Below the pieces are notes generated by a model. That model saw nothing but the letters and a program-made list of their open reading frames with translations. It was not told the DNA's origin and ran no database searches. A DNA stretch of 64,000 bases from Octopus bimaculoides (lineage: Eukaryota), in the NCBI RefSeq assembly GCF_001194135.2, contig NC_068986.1, forward strand, positions 38,858,249 to 38,922,248, read 5' to 3'. Below are positions 62,997 to 64,000 of the stretch, one piece after another (positions within the stretch are counted from its first letter, which is position 1; each line of letters opens with the position of its first letter). The position numbers and the translations under genes are program-made.

Positions 62997-64000
62997 CTGA
63001 AATGATAAAAGAGAGAGAGACGCACAATTTATTTTTAGAAATGTAAAATCATTGTTCTTTAATCGATTTACATGAAGCTTTAAAACAATAAAACATTTCG
63101 CTATTTTAAAAGAAAAAAATTGCTTTAAATTGAAACAATGCCTAACAAAATAGGCAAAAACATTTTCCTTTAGAAAAGACAAAAAACTTGACAAAGGACA
63201 CTGACTATATCAGTTTAAAAAAATATTACCCATAAAAGTACCAGTGACCTTATGGCTTTACAAAGGTGTTTCTCTTTCTACATGTAGAAAAACTTATAAA
63301 CTCAAGTTTGTATCTTCTTCACTACACTTTTAGATTTATCTTTCTATAAATATTATTTTATAACGTTCAAATACTTAGTTCCATTAGCTTTTAGAGCGGG
63401 TGTACTTATTGTTTTCTTTATCAACACTATATTATTTCAAATCCCCTTAAGCTAATCTCAGCCTTGATCATCATTCCATGCCATAGGACTCTTCTTAATG
63501 CAAAACTATTTCGTTAGTGAAATGCCTACAAGACAAAATATTATTATTATTATTATTATTATTATACAGTTTGACCTCTACAGTTTATATATATTCTTTT
63601 GCTTGTTTCTGTCATTTCACTGCTGCCATGCTGGAGCACTACTTTTAAGGGTTTTAGTCGAAGAACTCAACCCCAGGACTTATTCTTTGTAAGCCTAATA
63701 CTTATTCTATCGGTCTCTTTTTGCCAAACCGCTAAGTTACGGAGAGATAAACACACCAACATCGGTTGTCAGCGATAGCAGGGGACAAACACACACACAC
63801 AAACACATATATATATATATATATAATGGTAATTGTTCAGTTTACGTTCGTAAAATCAAAACATATTGTTGACAATATTGATAGCTCTGATTTGTTTTAA
63901 TTGTTTTTGTTTTCTCTCAGTTCTTGTTTATTTTATATCTTATTTTAGGCGTACTTTTAGTTGCAAGTCTGTTTTATGAAAGGAAAGAAGAAAGCAGTGA

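Overview
AT-rich, gapped draft eukaryotic DNA, most likely an octopod cephalopod (inferred from repeat families recalled from Octopus). Two spliced genes converge. On + are the last 6 coding exons of inositol-pentakisphosphate 2-kinase (IPPK; 7908-18291). On - are 9 coding exons of the deubiquitinase OTUD5 (62996-24920), including a long polyQ exon; its first exon(s) lie beyond the window. All exons were reconstructed by hand with AG/GT junctions and consistent phase. Introns are filled with RTE-clade LINE pieces whose reverse transcriptase carries an inserted PHD-type zinc finger, several tRNA-derived SINE families, and remnants of Dong/R4, CR1-like, Tc1, Chapaev3-like, piggyBac and Helentron-like elements. 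The most notable feature not explained by these is a complete type I hammerhead ribozyme fold (54524-54579, +) inside a 474-bp partially tandem non-coding unit, resembling a retrozyme or Penelope pLTR. All family assignments are from motif recognition, not database searches.
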